Positions 33,301 through 40,699 of a stretch of DNA of 64,000 nt are shown piece by piece. Source of the stretch: Pseudomonadota bacterium. GTDB lineage: Bacteria > Pseudomonadota > Alphaproteobacteria > Rhizobiales > CBDHHC01. The stretch is from positions 3,294-67,293 of the forward strand of contig JBCCCO010000002.1 of NCBI GenBank assembly GCA_039033475.1. The letters run 5' to 3'. The position numbers were made by a program, and so were the translations under genes. The notes beneath the pieces were generated by a model, which worked only from the letters and a program-made list of their open reading frames with translations, was not told the DNA's origin and searched no databases. Position 1 is the stretch's first letter. Every line of letters starts with the position of its first letter.

Positions 33301-36092
33301 CGCCCATTGGTAAGACTGTTCCCAAGCAAAGGGGGGGGAGCTTTTTCTGGATCAGTCATTGTTCCATCTGACTGAATTCGCCAAATTACTCCTGGGTTGG
33401 CATTATTAAGATACTGATGAGTGCTATGCTCCAAATCTTTGAGTTTCAAAGTGCCATCATCGCCCATTAATAATGAAAATTCTCGATGCACGCCGCCATC
33501 ATCGCGTCGGGAACCAAATGTATTGATGATTTTTCCCATTTCATCTTTTTGTACCAGCGTGCCATCATAGCCAACTTCAAATTGTCCTCCATGGACACCA
33601 TCAATATAGTTGCTTGATCCTAAGTCCCATCCTCTGACCCACTCATCATCAACAGATGACCTAGAATAATAAACCAAATTACCGTCATCATTGACAGCCT
33701 CACTAACGTTTTCATCATATCCAGTCCCAAAACGTACCATGTGCAGGCCATTATGTGACATTATAAAATCGCCTGCCGTGAGAGCATTTCCACTTGTGAC
33801 TTTGTTTCCAATTAAAGCTTTTTGAGTTGGCTCACTTGAACCGATTTCCCAAAGAACCGAATTGTCGTCAGGTCTAGTGTCGTGAATATATGCGTCGAAA
33901 AGTTGGAGGCCATTTTCTGTTAGATTTAACTTAAAATCAGTAGGACGATCTACGCCCTTTCCACCGCCTGAGTCTGAAAGCCAAGTAGGGGTTTTGAAGC
34001 GGATAGCTTCCAAAACTTCTGTACGGCTGCCTGGTGCAATATCGGTATAAGCTGCAAGTTCGCCATCTGAATGCATTACGAGGGCGCCATTTACAGCACC
34101 TGTGTCAAGCGTTTCTACTATCGTTTGGTTGAGTACGTCATATACAATAAAACGTCCTCCTTTAAGAAAGGTGGCTTTATAGTGCAAATCATCTTGCCCA
34201 TCCCCATCGTTATCATCTGTATACTCAAGAAAGGTGCCGTCTCCCGCAAAGAGGACGCCGTTATTTGGATCATCTGAATCTTGAGAAGGTATTGTGAGTC
34301 TTTCACCCAGATTGATGCCTGAAAAAGGATTTTCTGCTTCACGAATAAACCCCTCAGAAATTGTTGTTGGCTTATCTGCTGAACTCCAAAGGAGTGAAGG
34401 AGATTCATCCGTATCATACAGAGTGTCGTGTAATTCTAGTGCACCAGTCTCATCATCTATGATGAAGAAAAAGTCACCACGTGGGGTCATTCCGGAATTT
34501 TCTGTTCCTGAGCTTGAAACGAGGCTATAGCCTGAGGAGGCTGTTGAATCTGCTCGGTATATTCTGAAACCGCCATCATCGTTAAGTTCGAGGTAACCAC
34601 CTACAGCGCTTGTATTAACGCTCGAAACAGTTACATAATTCTCTGAACTATCGAGTTGTGTTTTGTCATAAATTTTCAGAAATCCATTGGTTTCATATTT
34701 TAGCTCATATCTACCATTTTGCGAGTATATGCTCTCTCCTATGTGCAGTTTATCATCAACAAATAAGGTGGCCTTGCTGTCTGGCTCTCGAACAATGACA
34801 GTAACGTCCTGGATTGTTGTGCTAGTGCCATCAGATATTTCAATTGTAATTATATGTGTTTCTTGAGTTGCATGATCAAGGCTTTGACCTTCGGCTAGCG
34901 CAACTTCACCTGTTTCACTATCAACTTCAAACATACCCCCGGCATCATCTGCGAGAGAGTAAGTGAGTGTTTCTTCTCCAGAATATGTTGCGAAGGTCTG
35001 ATAAACATGATCTCCACCTATCAAATTTTCTGCTATGGTAACAAAATCGGGGGAATTAAATTCAGGAGAAGGGCCAGGTTCCCATGTCCATTCGGGCTCC
35101 ATTTCGTTGGTAAACTGATTGTGGCGCATAATCTTAACATCACCATCTTCTGTGAGTGTAAGATTTATTTCATTCCATGGCCCTCTTTCATTGCTGGTTG
35201 CAAGAATAGCTCCACTGCTGCTATCAAATGAAAAAGAGCCAGTATTTGAAGAAAAAGTTAGCTCGTCAGGAAGTGGAATTACGGAATGAGCTTTTTTCAG
35301 TGTGTCTATTCTAACTGCTGCAAAGGATGCGTTTCCCAACTCAACAATTGCGACGAAATAGTCCGCAATACCGTCATTATTACTATCTGAAGCACTCTTT
35401 AGCACGGTGTTTAGTGGAAACTGGGTTGGATACGATTCTTGTGTGCCTAAATTAAAACTTGAAATATACGCATTGTCGACATTATTACCCGAGTGTTGTT
35501 GAAAAAAAAGATCATACAAATTTTGCGAGGATGGCGTGCTTGAATTTTCAACAGCAACCCAAGTGCCTTCATCAAAGACAAAACCGTGATCATCCTTATA
35601 AAGCTGTAATTTTTTGGAATAGGTGAGATCATCAGCTGTAGCTTCACCGGATACGATATCTTGGAACAGCTCACCTTCATCCCATGGTGTGTCTTGGATT
35701 TCAAGCTTTGCTTCAACAAAATGGCCGATCTCCTCCATTAGAACTTCGGACATCTTATCTGGATTAGCTCTTAAGTTTTCGTTGATATAAATTGTATTGT
35801 TTTCTTTAGAATATCCCCCGTGCGCTCCGTTCATGTCAAAGTCAGATTTGAATTTTAATGTAGGTGCGCCATCATCTTGTATGCCTGAAAGCATCCGATT
35901 AAGCAAAAAACGAGCCTTTTCAGCGCTTGCCTCGTCAATTGGGCCGTCATATACTTGATTTAAAATCGAGCGCCAAGAAGTCTTTGTTTCCAACTTATCG
36001 CGCAAACCTTCAGCTTCATCATTTGCGATGAAATTTGAATCAAAACGAGTGGAAACATTGCCCGCGTAGGCCATTGCGATCTCTTCTTTCAT
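30318..36092 (-). CDS. Giant multidomain protein: N-terminal EEIGH module, cadherin-like domain, ~5 beta-prism-II lectin-like modules, unassigned C-terminal region
   Basis: Uninterrupted 1,924-aa ORF; polar/acidic N-terminus with no signal peptide; domain evidence listed in sub-features. Confidence 0.8.
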   Translation of the reverse strand: MKEEIAMAYAGNVSTRFDSNFIANDEAEGLRDKLETKTSWRSILNQVYDGPIDEASAEKARFLLNRMLSGIQDDGAPTLKFKSDFDMNGAHGGYSKENNTIYINENLRANPDKMSEVLMEEIGHFVEAKLEIQDTPWDEGELFQDIVSGEATADDLTYSKKLQLYKDDHGFVFDEGTWVAVENSSTPSSQNLYDLFFQQHSGNNVDNAYISSFNLGTQESYPTQFPLNTVLKSASDSNNDGIADYFVAIVELGNASFAAVRIDTLKKAHSVIPLPDELTFSSNTGSFSFDSSSGAILATSNERGPWNEINLTLTEDGDVKIMRHNQFTNEMEPEWTWEPGPSPEFNSPDFVTIAENLIGGDHVYQTFATYSGEETLTYSLADDAGGMFEVDSETGEVALAEGQSLDHATQETHIITIEISDGTSTTIQDVTVIVREPDSKATLFVDDKLHIGESIYSQNGRYELKYETNGFLKIYDKTQLDSSENYVTVSSVNTSAVGGYLELNDDGGFRIYRADSTASSGYSLVSSSGTENSGMTPRGDFFFIIDDETGALELHDTLYDTDESPSLLWSSADKPTTISEGFIREAENPFSGINLGERLTIPSQDSDDPNNGVLFAGDGTFLEYTDDNDGDGQDDLHYKATFLKGGRFIVYDVLNQTIVETLDTGAVNGALVMHSDGELAAYTDIAPGSRTEVLEAIRFKTPTWLSDSGGGKGVDRPTDFKLNLTENGLQLFDAYIHDTRPDDNSVLWEIGSSEPTQKALIGNKVTSGNALTAGDFIMSHNGLHMVRFGTGYDENVSEAVNDDGNLVYYSRSSVDDEWVRGWDLGSSNYIDGVHGGQFEVGYDGTLVQKDEMGKIINTFGSRRDDGGVHREFSLLMGDDGTLKLKDLEHSTHQYLNNANPGVIWRIQSDGTMTDPEKAPPPLLGNSLTNGRMTHNTSLISDNGQYEFKLDNGVKLIDTTANEVIWSEDIPASNNANNAYLEVFGTGKMEYFDGDGNSVWHTDTEGVGVTTGLKKLKVHDDGHITLTEIDPLDDSEVTLWEIDTSGAETTHQRATTSEISVATNYISSQEGALKLGQSLWSNNGKYQVTLLNDGLHIYEINDDGSKSDIEQVASQIGKGQKSQIRIGDDGSLIFTDNEGTDTEVVSSDTAESQSHNHYYRMIIRDDGVLYTEAGNTGTTVWSSEAGHFHELTETAHVTHTKKNWIQRAVERGLHYLTDKIEDFEHDLVLEIQETFGGYTDIGLGFIDEILSLHDQYGELEALTIELLMDMVPELGIPAKTVATAEEAAKVASDLVSFTTETISSTRYMLQMAKFVKPFLEGGDDAKELFAQLMTETFINAGGEDALQLAAEASTLIENGSFDPEDVQRRTSTADSLTEWLTNRPELRLDIGFDIKFTLRKMLNGYQVPGEFGGNKAGPASIKLKPVSDGPFQTFRQFFKPKQISLSDSIQNRNVATVPIERPKENGEIEYYSELRIRFFDVAGVNMLFNPQLKELLKLSLNAGQVSTHELIIPMTIDKKHTNGESPLRFINNTGNIRIEDVKWRSATGAISVGTLDGSEFVFAPVKAGKEGVKNGVAKIRQMWSGEGDVTEDADSVTNALHASANGVIELTNGAGQNFDETVNSSVIKAQNRVRESISTDNTLKYSKEDISFFDFIVQHLHENNFPETVKTSTDSQSFVDSVLDTTKQKVEIKGYEIDDPTLRNLLDKYHSYTTDVVAELEPTFLNSTIDERYGLIKKANASTNSAHAFIKNKNSFSVSKTLNTEPVVALTRSHVYNLSAMKRTNDSLWMTPFGAEIAGAGIGALTASFIDHYLFEDKGYISAMHAGASTGNLIADEVAANVLNSDENEFVKINFNFTGWLAFLPITLGTTFEETELLYSTFNPLAYFPGPTNKKADVMLDVRPRIQFNFNIFDLINGAHQAVEG
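30480..30731 (-). other. C-terminal hydrophobic / glycine-zipper-like segment of the giant protein
   Basis: aa ~1788-1871: WMTPFGAEIAGAGIGALTASFIDHYLF ... GWLAFLPITLGTTF. Confidence 0.5.
32538..34760 (-). other. Tandem beta-prism-II (bulb-type/MMBL lectin-like) modules of the giant protein
   Basis: aa ~445-1185; each module has three sub-repeats ending in DDG-x-hydrophobic-x-hydrophobic-Y/D plus a (V/L)(I/L)W(S/E) strand, e.g. LHIGESIYSQNGRYELKYETNGFLKIYD, YLELNDDGGFRIYR, AVNDDGNLVYY (QxDxNxVxY-like). Confidence 0.55.
34785..35051 (-). other. Cadherin-like repeat of the giant protein
   Basis: aa ~348-436: FVTIAENLIGGDHVYQTFA...LTYSLADDAGGMFEVDSETGEVALAEGQSLDHATQETHIITIEISDG...VTVIV. Confidence 0.6.
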
Positions 36093-36178
36093 TTTTTATT
36101 ATCGAGATCAGTCCATTATAATCAGGATTATACTACGCATTAAACACTACTTTCGTAGCCGTTGTTTTATGTAAAGAA

Positions 36179-37627
36179 TTATGATTTCCAAAATTGTGGG
36201 GTGAATAGCACCAAAACAGCAAAAAGCTCCAGGCGGCCAAGAAGCATGCCAAAAGAGAGTAGCCATTTGGCGGCATCTGGCAAATTGCCGTAATGCCCAG
36301 CAGGCCCAATGACAAACCCAAGTCCTGGGCCAACATTTGCGAGCGCGCTGGCAGAGGCTGAGAGGGCTGTCACCGTATCAAGGCCTGTGAGTTCTAAAGC
36401 AAGAGAAAGGGTAAAAAAACTCAAGGTAAACAAAAAGAAAAAGTTCATCACCGAGGTGATCACTTGCGCGGGAATAGGGCGTCCATTATAGGTTAAAGCG
36501 AACATACCATTTGGATAAATAAGTGTTTTCACGCGGTACTCAACAGCGGCCCAAATGACTTGAAACCGAAAAATTTTAATACCGCAAGAGGTGGAGCCAG
36601 AACACCCTCCAATAAACATTACGATAAAAATAATACTCACAGCAAACGCACTCCACAGTGTATAATCAGTCGAAGCGTAACCTGTCCCGGTCATGATAGA
36701 AACGATATTAAATGAGGTGTATCTTAGCGCTTGCGTGAAAGACATCTCACTATAGGCACTTTGGTGTATTGTTAGCAAAATGATGAAAAAAACTATGGTG
36801 ACCAGAAAACCAATAACTTGTTGGTCCCTGAAAATTTGCAAAAGCCCTGTTTGGAAGCCTTTTAAATAAAGCAAGAAGGGAATTGAGCTAATCACCATAA
36901 AAAGTATAGCATTAACCTCAATGGCGACATTATCAAAATACCCAATAGACAAATCTTTTGAGGAATATCCACCAGTTGCAATAGTTGTCATCGAATGAAC
37001 CGTTGCATCGAATAAAGGCATTCCACACATATGGTATCCAATCATACAAGCGACTGTAAATATGATATAAATTGCAGTTAGAGAACCTGAAATTTGTGTC
37101 GCGCGAGGGAGAATTTTTTCTGGCGTATCAAAACCCTCAACTTTAAAAAGTTGCATGCCACCAATTTTAAGCATCGGTAAAACGGCAAGAGCCATGACAA
37201 TAATACCAATGCCTCCAAGCCATTGTAATAACGCGCGCCAGAGGACAATTCCAGGGGGAGCAAAATCAAGACCTGTGATGACAGTCGCACCGGTTGTCGT
37301 TAAACCAGACATGGATTCGAAAAAGGAATCTGCAATACTAAGCTCTAGTTCAGAAAGAGCAAAAGGAAGAGCTCCAAAACTTGCTAGTGAAACCCATGAA
37401 AAAACAGCTAATATAAAAGCCTCACGAATGCTAAGGTCTTGTCGTTGCCCTCTTGTAGCAATGCTCATTGCAATGCCAACAAAAAGAGTAATAGCAGCTG
37501 AAAATGCAAAAACTATCCAGTCAGAATGACCGTAAGCGAAGTCATAAAATGCAGGAATAAGCATTGCACAACCGAGTGTAGCAAGCAAAATCCCTATGAT
37601 GAGTAAAACAGGCCTGAGATTGATCAC
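36179..37627 (-). CDS. trkH: TrkH-family potassium uptake protein
   Basis: 482 aa polytopic membrane protein; repeated selectivity-filter-like TTTG/ATGG/GTGY motifs. Confidence 0.9.
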   Translation of the reverse strand: MINLRPVLLIIGILLATLGCAMLIPAFYDFAYGHSDWIVFAFSAAITLFVGIAMSIATRGQRQDLSIREAFILAVFSWVSLASFGALPFALSELELSIADSFFESMSGLTTTGATVITGLDFAPPGIVLWRALLQWLGGIGIIVMALAVLPMLKIGGMQLFKVEGFDTPEKILPRATQISGSLTAIYIIFTVACMIGYHMCGMPLFDATVHSMTTIATGGYSSKDLSIGYFDNVAIEVNAILFMVISSIPFLLYLKGFQTGLLQIFRDQQVIGFLVTIVFFIILLTIHQSAYSEMSFTQALRYTSFNIVSIMTGTGYASTDYTLWSAFAVSIIFIVMFIGGCSGSTSCGIKIFRFQVIWAAVEYRVKTLIYPNGMFALTYNGRPIPAQVITSVMNFFFLFTLSFFTLSLALELTGLDTVTALSASASALANVGPGLGFVIGPAGHYGNLPDAAKWLLSFGMLLGRLELFAVLVLFTPQFWKS

Positions 37628-37658
37628 GATGTAAGAAATAAATTGTCTAGCATTATGC

Positions 37659-38051
37659 TTAATTTAATATCCGTTTTCCATAGGGGCTGTCTAAAGAAAA
37701 GGGGGGGATATCCACTTTTAAAAAATCGCCCTTCGAAGATTGCACCATATAATGTCCAACCATCATGCCAGAGGGAGTATATAATGGTGCACCGCTTGTA
37801 TAAACAAAAGATTCACTTGGCTGTATCCATGGCTCCTGACCAACAATGCCAGGTCCCTCTATTTCTTCTGTGTAGCCAGTCAAATCGGTAATACTCCAAA
37901 ACCGTGAGCGCACTTGCACTTGCAATGCCCCAAGATTATAAATCTCAACTGTATAAGCCCAAAAAAAATAGCTTTCATCCGGGATCGATTGTTCCTCAAT
38001 AAACTGCGGAGTGACACAAACTTTAATATTTTCAGTTATGGCTTCATACAT
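37659..38051 (-). CDS. apaG: ApaG protein
   Basis: 130 aa; ITENIKVCVTPQFIEEQSIPDESYFFWAYTVEIYN pattern typical of ApaG/DUF525. Confidence 0.9.
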   Translation of the reverse strand: MYEAITENIKVCVTPQFIEEQSIPDESYFFWAYTVEIYNLGALQVQVRSRFWSITDLTGYTEEIEGPGIVGQEPWIQPSESFVYTSGAPLYTPSGMMVGHYMVQSSKGDFLKVDIPPFSLDSPYGKRILN

Positions 38052-38073
38052 ACTTTGGGGTTCCGGATTGCAT

Positions 38074-39288
38074 TTATTTTTGTGATGCCGCTAATGCTTG
38101 CTCAATATCATCAATAAGGTCATTCGCATCCTCTAAACCGACAGAGAGACGAACCAAACAATCATTGATTCCTAATTCGGCTCTTTGCTCAACCTCCAAA
38201 CGTTGATGGGTTGTCGTTGCTGGATGTGTAATTAAGCTTTTTGCATCTCCAAGATTGTTTGAGATAGATATAATATTAAGAGCATTCATAAAGCGAAAGG
38301 CCTCTTCTTTCTGCCCCTTAATTTCAAATGCAACCATGTTAGAGCCAGCACTCATTTGTCTCTTAGCAAGCTCATATTGTGGGTGATCCTCGCGACCTGG
38401 ATAAAACACGCGCGTAATATCTTTATGTTCAGCTAACATGTCTGCCAGTTTATGAGCTGTGTTAGTAGAATGGGCAACGCGCAGTGGCAGTGTTTCTAAG
38501 CCTTTGAGCATAACCCACGCGTTAAAAGGGCTAATTGAGGGGCCAGATTGGCGCATATATTGATGTAAATAGTCGGCAACAAATTCTTCGTTAGATAACA
38601 CCATTCCCGCCAAACACCGTCCTTGGCCATCAATATGTTTGGTGGCGGAATAAATCACGACATCAGCGCCCATAGCATAAGGTTTTTGTAAGAGCGGGGT
38701 TGCAAAGACATTATCCACAACAACATAGGCGTTTTTGCTATGAGCTAACTCGCACACCGTTTTAATATCAACCAGTTCAAGCGTTGGATTGGTTGGGGTT
38801 TCAAAGAAAAAGGCTTTTGTATTGGGGCGGCAAGCTTGCTCCCATTGATGTAAATCACGACCATCGATAAGTGTCGATTCAATCCCTAAGCGAGGGAGCA
38901 TTGTCTCTACAATGTAGCGACAACTGCCAAATAATGCCCTTGCAGAAACAATATGATCACCAGCTTGCAAGCGGCACAAAAAAGCAGCTGTCACGGCTGC
39001 CATTCCCGTTGCAGTTGCTCGGCCATCAGGTGCGCCCTCTAAGCCCTTCATGCGATTTTCAAACATCGCCACAGTTGGGTTTGCAAAACGGCTATAAATA
39101 TATCCTTCACTCTCACCTTTGAAGCGTGCCTCAGCGTCTTCTGCTGTGTCATAAACGTAGCCTGAGCTTAGAAATAAACCTTCAGAAGTTTCTCCGAATT
39201 GACTCCGCAATGTACCACCATGTACTAATTGCGTTGCGGTTGCCCAGTTTTGTAGGCTCTCTTGAGTGTTCTGATTGTTTTTATCCAT
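38074..39288 (-). CDS. metZ: O-succinylhomoserine sulfhydrylase (Cys/Met PLP family)
   Basis: 404 aa; PLP-lysine motif YSATKHIDGQGR; SAM-II-like leader upstream. Confidence 0.85.
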   Translation of the reverse strand: MDKNNQNTQESLQNWATATQLVHGGTLRSQFGETSEGLFLSSGYVYDTAEDAEARFKGESEGYIYSRFANPTVAMFENRMKGLEGAPDGRATATGMAAVTAAFLCRLQAGDHIVSARALFGSCRYIVETMLPRLGIESTLIDGRDLHQWEQACRPNTKAFFFETPTNPTLELVDIKTVCELAHSKNAYVVVDNVFATPLLQKPYAMGADVVIYSATKHIDGQGRCLAGMVLSNEEFVADYLHQYMRQSGPSISPFNAWVMLKGLETLPLRVAHSTNTAHKLADMLAEHKDITRVFYPGREDHPQYELAKRQMSAGSNMVAFEIKGQKEEAFRFMNALNIISISNNLGDAKSLITHPATTTHQRLEVEQRAELGINDCLVRLSVGLEDANDLIDDIEQALAASQK

Positions 39289-39309
39289 AGCTTATGTCCT
39301 TTTCCGCAT

Positions 39310-39364
39310 AAAAAAACCCGGCAATGTGAAAGCGTTATAACGAGAGTGTAACGCTAAAGCCGGG
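39310..39364 (-). terminator. Terminator-like hairpin inside the metZ leader
   Basis: Minus strand: CCCGGC-UUU-AGCGUUA-loop-UAACGCU-UUCACAUU-GCCGGG followed by UUUUUUU, 22 nt before the metZ ATG. Confidence 0.55.
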
Positions 39365-39384
39365 GTGCAAAATCATTTCGCGGT

Positions 39385-39440
39385 CGCGGCCTTTTAGCAA
39401 ATTATTTTCTGTGGCTGCAAGCCGACCGGCCAAATCACCA
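39385..39440 (-). promoter_or_regulatory. SAM-II (metA-motif) riboswitch candidate
   Basis: Minus strand UGGUGAUUUGGCCGGUCGGCUUGCAGCCACAGAAAAUAAUUUGCUAAAAGGCCGCG; matches my recollection of SAM-II conserved blocks (GAUUUGGC, GGCUUGCAGCCAC, GCUAAAA-GCC) and the expected met-gene context. Confidence 0.7.
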
Positions 39441-39560
39441 CGTATATGAGCAAATAAAACTTGTGTATAAGTTATTAAGCCCTAACAAAGTCTTGGCGTC
39501 AAGAGGCAGTTGCGTTAAAGAGAAAATAAAATATTACTACACCTTTATTGGATAACACCC

Positions 39561-40679
39561 ATGATAGATAACAATAAAAAGCAGTCCACTCATGGTTTGC
39601 TACCATCACAAGCTATCAAGAAGCTTATTGAGAGTGAGCAGATTTGCCTTGCACAGCCTCTAATGCAAGGCCAGATTCAGCCCGCAAGTTTGGACTTGCG
39701 TCTTGGAAATATTGCATACCGCGTAAGAGCTAGCTTTCTACCGGGTCCTGGGCAGAATGTCTCAGACAAGCTTGAAGACTATACGCTACATAAGATTGAT
39801 CTTACTGCTAGCGCCGTGCTCGAAACAGGGTGTGTCTATGTTGTGCCCTTAATTGAAAGTCTGAATTTGCCAGAGACAATCAGCGCGGCAGCAAATCCCA
39901 AAAGTTCAACCGGGCGACTGGATGTGTTTACTCGCGTTATCAGCAATGGTGGGCGTAGTTTTGATCAAATAGATGCAGGTTATTCTGGTCCACTCTATGC
40001 TGAAATTTGTCCTCAAACATTTCCAATTTTGGTGCGCACTGGTTCTCGCCTCTCACAAATTCGTTTTCGCCTCGGAGACGTGGGATATACAGACAGCACA
40101 CTGTTTGATTTACAGGACGAGCACCAGTTGGTCTCTTCTGACACCCCTGATATTGCCAATGGCATTGCTCTTTCTGTAGATTTAATGGGAGAAAACACAA
40201 CAGGAGAGGGGTTGCTTGGATATCGCGCCAAACGCCATACCGGATTGATTGATGTTGATGCTCCAGGCGCATGCGACATTAAAGACTATTGGGAGCCAAT
40301 TTATGGCTACAATGAAAAACGTCTCATATTAGACCCGGATGAATTTTACATCCTTGCCTCAAAAGAAGCTGTGCATGTTCCGCCCACTCACGCGGCAGAA
40401 ATGGTCCCTTTTAATCCTCTGGTTGGTGAATTCCGCGTTCATTATGCTGGTTTTTTTGACCCAGGATTCGGTCACGACTCTGCTGGAGGGGCTGGTAGCA
40501 AAGGCGTGTTAGAGGTGCGCAGTCATAAAGTGCCGTTTATTCTAGAAGATGGGCAGATTATCGGCCGCCTGATTTATGAGAAATTAACAGAAATGCCTGA
40601 GTTAGTTTATGGCAAGACCATAAGTTCAAATTATCAAGCACAAGGTTTAAAATTGAGTAAGCATTTTAGAAGCAGCTGA
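39561..40679 (+). CDS. dcd: 2'-deoxycytidine 5'-triphosphate deaminase (long form)
   Basis: 372 aa; QPASLDLRLG and SSTGRLDVF motifs; two-lobed long form common in alphaproteobacteria. Confidence 0.85.
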   Translation: MIDNNKKQSTHGLLPSQAIKKLIESEQICLAQPLMQGQIQPASLDLRLGNIAYRVRASFLPGPGQNVSDKLEDYTLHKIDLTASAVLETGCVYVVPLIESLNLPETISAAANPKSSTGRLDVFTRVISNGGRSFDQIDAGYSGPLYAEICPQTFPILVRTGSRLSQIRFRLGDVGYTDSTLFDLQDEHQLVSSDTPDIANGIALSVDLMGENTTGEGLLGYRAKRHTGLIDVDAPGACDIKDYWEPIYGYNEKRLILDPDEFYILASKEAVHVPPTHAAEMVPFNPLVGEFRVHYAGFFDPGFGHDSAGGAGSKGVLEVRSHKVPFILEDGQIIGRLIYEKLTEMPELVYGKTISSNYQAQGLKLSKHFRSS

Positions 40680-40699
40680 CAGTCTTTTATATGATTTTA

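Noticed and set aside
30318-36092. Giant protein as an RTX/T1SS substrate or an autotransporter
   Set aside because: No GGxGxD nonapeptide arrays, no C-terminal beta-barrel-like alternating pattern ending in an aromatic residue, and no T1SS ABC/MFP genes nearby. The export route is left open.
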